Assembly (NCBI GenBank): GCA_963749085.1
Contig: CAVVLG010000003.1
Span: forward strand, 80,235-144,234
Origin: Candidatus Adlerbacteria bacterium
Lineage (GTDB): Bacteria > Patescibacteriota > Minisyncoccia > Phycocordibacterales > SBAW01
Length of the DNA stretch: 64,000 bases
Direction of reading: 5' to 3'
Part shown: piece by piece, positions 60,898-64,000 of the stretch
Numbering within the stretch: position 1 is the first letter of the stretch
Layout of the letters: every line of letters starts with the position of its first letter
Made by a program: the position numbers and the translations under genes
Notes under the pieces: model-generated
Told to the model about the DNA's origin: nothing
The model's database searches: none
What the model saw: only the letters and a program-made list of their open reading frames with translations

Positions 60898-61752
60898 CTA
60901 TGGCAGGAGCGGTGCAATTGAGAGGGCGACTGAAAACGCCACGAGGACTATGAGCGAAAAACGAAAAAGTCGCCGGGCCCAGCGTGTAGAATCTGCGGCA
61001 GTAAACCCTTGTATACCCAGCCAGAGCCACGCGAAGCCAAAAAGCAATACGCAGACCAGATAGGTGTACCCGGCGTATCCGAGCACTGTGAGCATGGATG
61101 CCGCAATGAGAAAGGCGATAATATAGAAAACAATGTATACGTTCGTCACTCGTATCCCTCTGCGTGCCGGCAGCACAGGAATACCCGCTTTCTTATACTC
61201 ATCGAGTCTGTATATGGCTATTGAATAAAAATGCGGCATCTGCCAAAGCGCGAGAACCAAGAATAGTAGAAGTGCCGCACTGTCCAAGCGATCGGTCACT
61301 GCCGTATACCCCACCACCATGGGTATGGCACCCGGTATACTCCCCACCACCGTTGCCCAATGGGTGATGCGTTTGAAGATGCCGTAGGGTCCGACGTACA
61401 AAATAAAACCGAGAAGCGCAATCGCAGCCGTGAGGATGTTCACGTACGCGAATAATAGGTACACTCCGACGCATCCTATGACGGTTGCAAAAATAAGCGC
61501 GTGGCGAACCGGAATAGCTCCGGTTGCAAGTGCGCGGTCTTTGGTGCGCTCCATCTTCCGGTCAATGTCCCGGTCACTGTAGTTGTTGAAAACGCAGGCC
61601 GAAGCTATAACGAGCGCTATTCCCACGACGGTTGCAACCAGAAGCACCGGATTGAAATGCCATCGTGAAGCGAAGAGGAAACCGGCGAGTGTTGTGAATA
61701 CGTTGCCGTACACGATGCCCGGCTTCATGAGGGTATAGTAGTTTTTCAGCAT
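60898..61752 (-). CDS. cyoE: Heme O synthase
   Basis: KPGIVYGN, NNYSDRDIDRKMERTKDR, WQMPHF. Confidence 0.95.
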   Translation of the reverse strand: MLKNYYTLMKPGIVYGNVFTTLAGFLFASRWHFNPVLLVATVVGIALVIASACVFNNYSDRDIDRKMERTKDRALATGAIPVRHALIFATVIGCVGVYLLFAYVNILTAAIALLGFILYVGPYGIFKRITHWATVVGSIPGAIPMVVGYTAVTDRLDSAALLLFLVLALWQMPHFYSIAIYRLDEYKKAGIPVLPARRGIRVTNVYIVFYIIAFLIAASMLTVLGYAGYTYLVCVLLFGFAWLWLGIQGFTAADSTRWARRLFRFSLIVLVAFSVALSIAPLLP

Positions 61753-61755
61753 GGC

Positions 61756-62145
61756 TCAGATGCCCTCCTGGTTTTGCATGTACTGCTCCATTTGAGCGGT
61801 ATCCGGCATCATGCGTCCGTTGAGCGTGAACATAATCCACAAGGAGCCCGAGACCAGTATAAGTACGACTAACACCGCAAAGCCCAACGCAATAAGGCGG
61901 TCGCGCGAAGCGTGCTTGCCCCCTACATGAAGGAAGCACAGTATCTGCACTGCGAATTGCGTGCAGGCGAGCAGAATAAGGACAACGATGACGAGCCCCT
62001 GCGGCACAGCCACGTGTACGGCCAAAAAATATGCAGTGAGCGTGAGCAGGAGTGAGAGCACAAAACCGATCGCGTAGGCGCCGAGAAGAGTTCTGGAGCC
62101 CTGCGGCCATGCACCAATGTCTTCAAAATAATGATAGGTATTCAT
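61756..62145 (-). CDS. cyoD: Cytochrome bo3 oxidase subunit IV
   Basis: YAIGFVLSLLLT, QILCFLH, GSLWIM. Confidence 0.93.
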   Translation of the reverse strand: MNTYHYFEDIGAWPQGSRTLLGAYAIGFVLSLLLTLTAYFLAVHVAVPQGLVIVVLILLACTQFAVQILCFLHVGGKHASRDRLIALGFAVLVVLILVSGSLWIMFTLNGRMMPDTAQMEQYMQNQEGI

Positions 62146-62753
62146 AGTACTACTCCCATTAAATACACGATAACAAATATGAAGATCCACACGAGCTCAA
62201 GAAAGTGCCAGAACGTCGCGAGCATGATGAGTTTTCGCATGTTGAAGCGTGAAAGACCCTTGCGCGCTATCGCTATCATAAGGACGATTATCCATATAAG
62301 CCCCAGGGTGACGTGGAGTCCATGCGTGCCGACGAGCGTGAAATAAGAGGAGAGAAAACCGCTTTGCTGTGGTCCATACCCCTCCGCAATAAGGCGGCTG
62401 AATTCAAAAAATTCCATTCCGACGAAGAACGTCCCCAACACGGCGGTCACGCCCAGCCAGAAAAGGACTTCTCCCTTGCTTCCCTTGCGCGCGGCGAGCA
62501 AAGATAAACCGCACGTAAAGCTGCTGGTGAGAAGCAACAGCGTCTCGGCGAGGGCAAACGGGGCGCTGAAAATCTGATTTCCCGACGGGCCGCCAAACGT
62601 ATTGGTGCGCAATACCGCGTAGACTGCGAAAAGACTCGCAAAGAGCACGAAGTCCGTCATGAGATACATCCAAAATCCGAACACCGTCGTCGAGTCTGCG
62701 GCCCGCTCCTCAGCCGGAAGATTTCCTTCAGTGTTCATCGATTCGTTGTTCAT
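62142..62753 (-). CDS. cyoC: Cytochrome bo3 oxidase subunit III
   Basis: [28 protein letters not shown]. Confidence 0.95.
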   Translation of the reverse strand: MNNESMNTEGNLPAEERAADSTTVFGFWMYLMTDFVLFASLFAVYAVLRTNTFGGPSGNQIFSAPFALAETLLLLTSSFTCGLSLLAARKGSKGEVLFWLGVTAVLGTFFVGMEFFEFSRLIAEGYGPQQSGFLSSYFTLVGTHGLHVTLGLIWIIVLMIAIARKGLSRFNMRKLIMLATFWHFLELVWIFIFVIVYLMGVVL

Positions 62754-64000
62754 ATAGTCGCGTTCGGATTATGGCGCAGTGCCTCCTGCTTCCTCACTTC
62801 GGCGGCACTCAATACATATTCCGTATCCTCGGTGAACGTCCGCACAAGGATACTGATGAACACACCGAGGAGGCCGAGTGTCACGAGCCACCATATATGC
62901 CAGATGACCCCGAAGCCGAAGAAAAACGCGAAGCCCGCGATGCATATCCCCACACTAGTGTTCTTCGGCATATGAATGTCTTCAAATGCTTCCTCTCTGG
63001 GGGCACTTCCCTGCTTCATGGCCCAAAAGGCATCGCGTGTATGCACCACGGGCAGCACTGCGAAATTGTAGGATGGCGGAGGCGAGGAAGTAGACCACTC
63101 GAGCGTTCGGCCGCCCCACGGATCGCCGGAAGTATCTCGATTATCATTTCTATTCCTGATGCTTCGTAGTATCTGCGCTATTTGGAAGATGAACCCAATC
63201 GCGATGAGGACCGCTCCGATGCCGGCAACGATAAACAGCGGCTGCCAGCCTAAGGACGCGCTGTAGTGATCAAGGCGCCTGGTCGCGCCCATAAAGCCCA
63301 AAATATAGAGCGGTCCGAACGCAAGAATGAAACCAACGAGCCAGCACCAAAATGCTTTAAGGCCAAGTTTCTCGTCGAGTTTGAAGCCGAAGATTTTTGG
63401 AAACCAATACGTGAAGCCCGCGAAATACCCGAAGAGTACCCCGCTCACGATCATCGTGTGGAAGTGCGCGACTAAAAAGAGACTATTGTGAAGCTGGTAG
63501 TCGGCAGCCGGCTCTGCGAGCACAACGCCAGCGACTCCGCCGAGCGTGAAGAGCACTACGAAGCCCATGAACCACAGCATGGGTGTTTCAAACCGTATAC
63601 GGCCGCGGTACATGGTAAAAAGCCAGTTGAATATCTTGACTCCGGTCGGTACCGCAATGATAGCGGTCATAATCCCGAAGAAGGTGTTGACGTCTGCTCC
63701 CGCGCCCATGGTAAAGAAATGATGGAGCCACACAGTGAAGGAAAGAAAGGTTATTGCCATGACCGAGAGCACCATGGAGGTGTAACCCGCAAGTTTCTTT
63801 GAAGAAAAAACGGGAACGACTTCGGAGAACACGCCGAACGCGGGCAAGATGAGTATGTAGACTTCCGGATGGCCCCACGCCCAGATGAGGTTGACGTACA
63901 TCATCATGTTTCCTCCGCCGCCCGCGGTGAAAAAATGCATGCCGAGCGTACGATCCAGTGCCAAAAGCGAGAGGGTTACGGTCAATATGGGGAACGCGAA
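62750..64000 (-). CDS. cyoB: Cytochrome bo3 oxidase subunit I (5' part outside window)
   Basis: WGHPEVY, VWLHHFF, VAHFH metal-ligand motifs; [10 protein letters not shown]. Confidence 0.96.
   Translation of the reverse strand, partial: FAFPILTVTLSLLALDRTLGMHFFTAGGGGNMMMYVNLIWAWGHPEVYILILPAFGVFSEVVPVFSSKKLAGYTSMVLSVMAITFLSFTVWLHHFFTMGAGADVNTFFGIMTAIIAVPTGVKIFNWLFTMYRGRIRFETPMLWFMGFVVLFTLGGVAGVVLAEPAADYQLHNSLFLVAHFHTMIVSGVLFGYFAGFTYWFPKIFGFKLDEKLGLKAFWCWLVGFILAFGPLYILGFMGATRRLDHYSASLGWQPLFIVAGIGAVLIAIGFIFQIAQILRSIRNRNDNRDTSGDPWGGRTLEWSTSSPPPSYNFAVLPVVHTRDAFWAMKQGSAPREEAFEDIHMPKNTSVGICIAGFAFFFGFGVIWHIWWLVTLGLLGVFISILVRTFTEDTEYVLSAAEVRKQEALRHNPNATI

Overview
The window looks like a Patescibacteria (CPR, probably Parcubacteria) chromosome segment using standard code 11; the taxonomy is inferred from gene content. 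The backbone carries gatCA, ligA, a complete type IV pilus locus, tsaD, valS, prsW, hsp20, ftsB, lepA, murJ, a short RNase P RNA, six tRNAs and part of a cyo (cytochrome bo3) operon. tRNA 3' ends act as integration hotspots: (i) a tyrosine-integrase element at tRNA-fMet; (ii) a 6.9 kb large-serine-recombinase (LSR) island at tRNA-Ser carrying an IS5-interrupted Ig-repeat surface protein; (iii) a 13.5 kb LSR island at tRNA-Arg carrying a Sec-type Rhs protein, a partner gene and an orphan tip module; (iv) a run of small cassettes separated by repeated hybrid att-like sites related to a tRNA-Gln 3' fragment, possibly extending to the cyo operon. The best novel-system candidate is this LSR/tRNA-anchored cassette accretion: the repeats show the 5-bp attP/attB motif offset, and both intact LSR genes share a promoter-plus-hairpin leader. 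Also seen are widespread leaderless promoters and DnaA-box-like sites at fixed spacing upstream of surface-protein promoters. All calls were made by eye; no database searches were run.
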